Virus record (IMG/VR): IMGVR_UViG_3300028832_002797
DNA length: 43,395 nt
Direction: 5' to 3' (one strand)
DNA from: a virus
Lineage: Duplodnaviria > Heunggongvirae > Uroviricota > Caudoviricetes
The notes beneath the pieces were generated by a model. The model saw only the letters and a list, made by a program, of their open reading frames with translations, made no database searches and was not told where the DNA came from. The position numbers were made by a program, and so were the translations under genes. This document shows, one piece after another, positions 43,354 through 43,395 of the stretch; the stretch's first letter is position 1; every line of letters begins with the position of its first letter.

Positions 43354-43395
43354 CCATATCTCTTTTTTATTTCTTTTCGGTATTACAGAATCATT

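Overview
This window is part of a large, AT-rich, T4-like (myovirus/jumbo-type) phage genome with three parts. (1) Positions 1-5.3 kb: minus-strand late/virion genes, including a T4 gp3-like tail terminator and several possible capsid-internal proteins behind TATAAATA late promoters. (2) Positions 5.3-21.4 kb: an array of about 45 short (80-140 aa) paralogous genes with variable N-termini and a shared C-terminal module of about 40 aa ending in I(E/D)xLP. Most are coupled by ATGA overlaps. Repeated TTGACA-N17-TATATT promoters split the array into operons that appear leaderless. It is interrupted by a few membrane-protein genes and an intact His6-type hisA. (3) Positions 21.4-43.4 kb: a repeat-rich, origin-like non-coding region followed by a minus-strand replication/recombination module. 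That module contains clamp loaders, clamp, AEP primase, DHH phosphoesterase, gp32, gp41, a full-length sigma70, a ThyA-like enzyme, an NMP kinase and gp46/47. The strongest leads are the paralog array, a ThyA homolog with Asp at the E. coli Asn177 position (the known dUMP-to-dCMP specificity switch, suggesting modified-cytosine DNA), and two candidate structured small RNAs bounded by a promoter and a terminator. All calls come from reading motifs by eye; no database searches were run.
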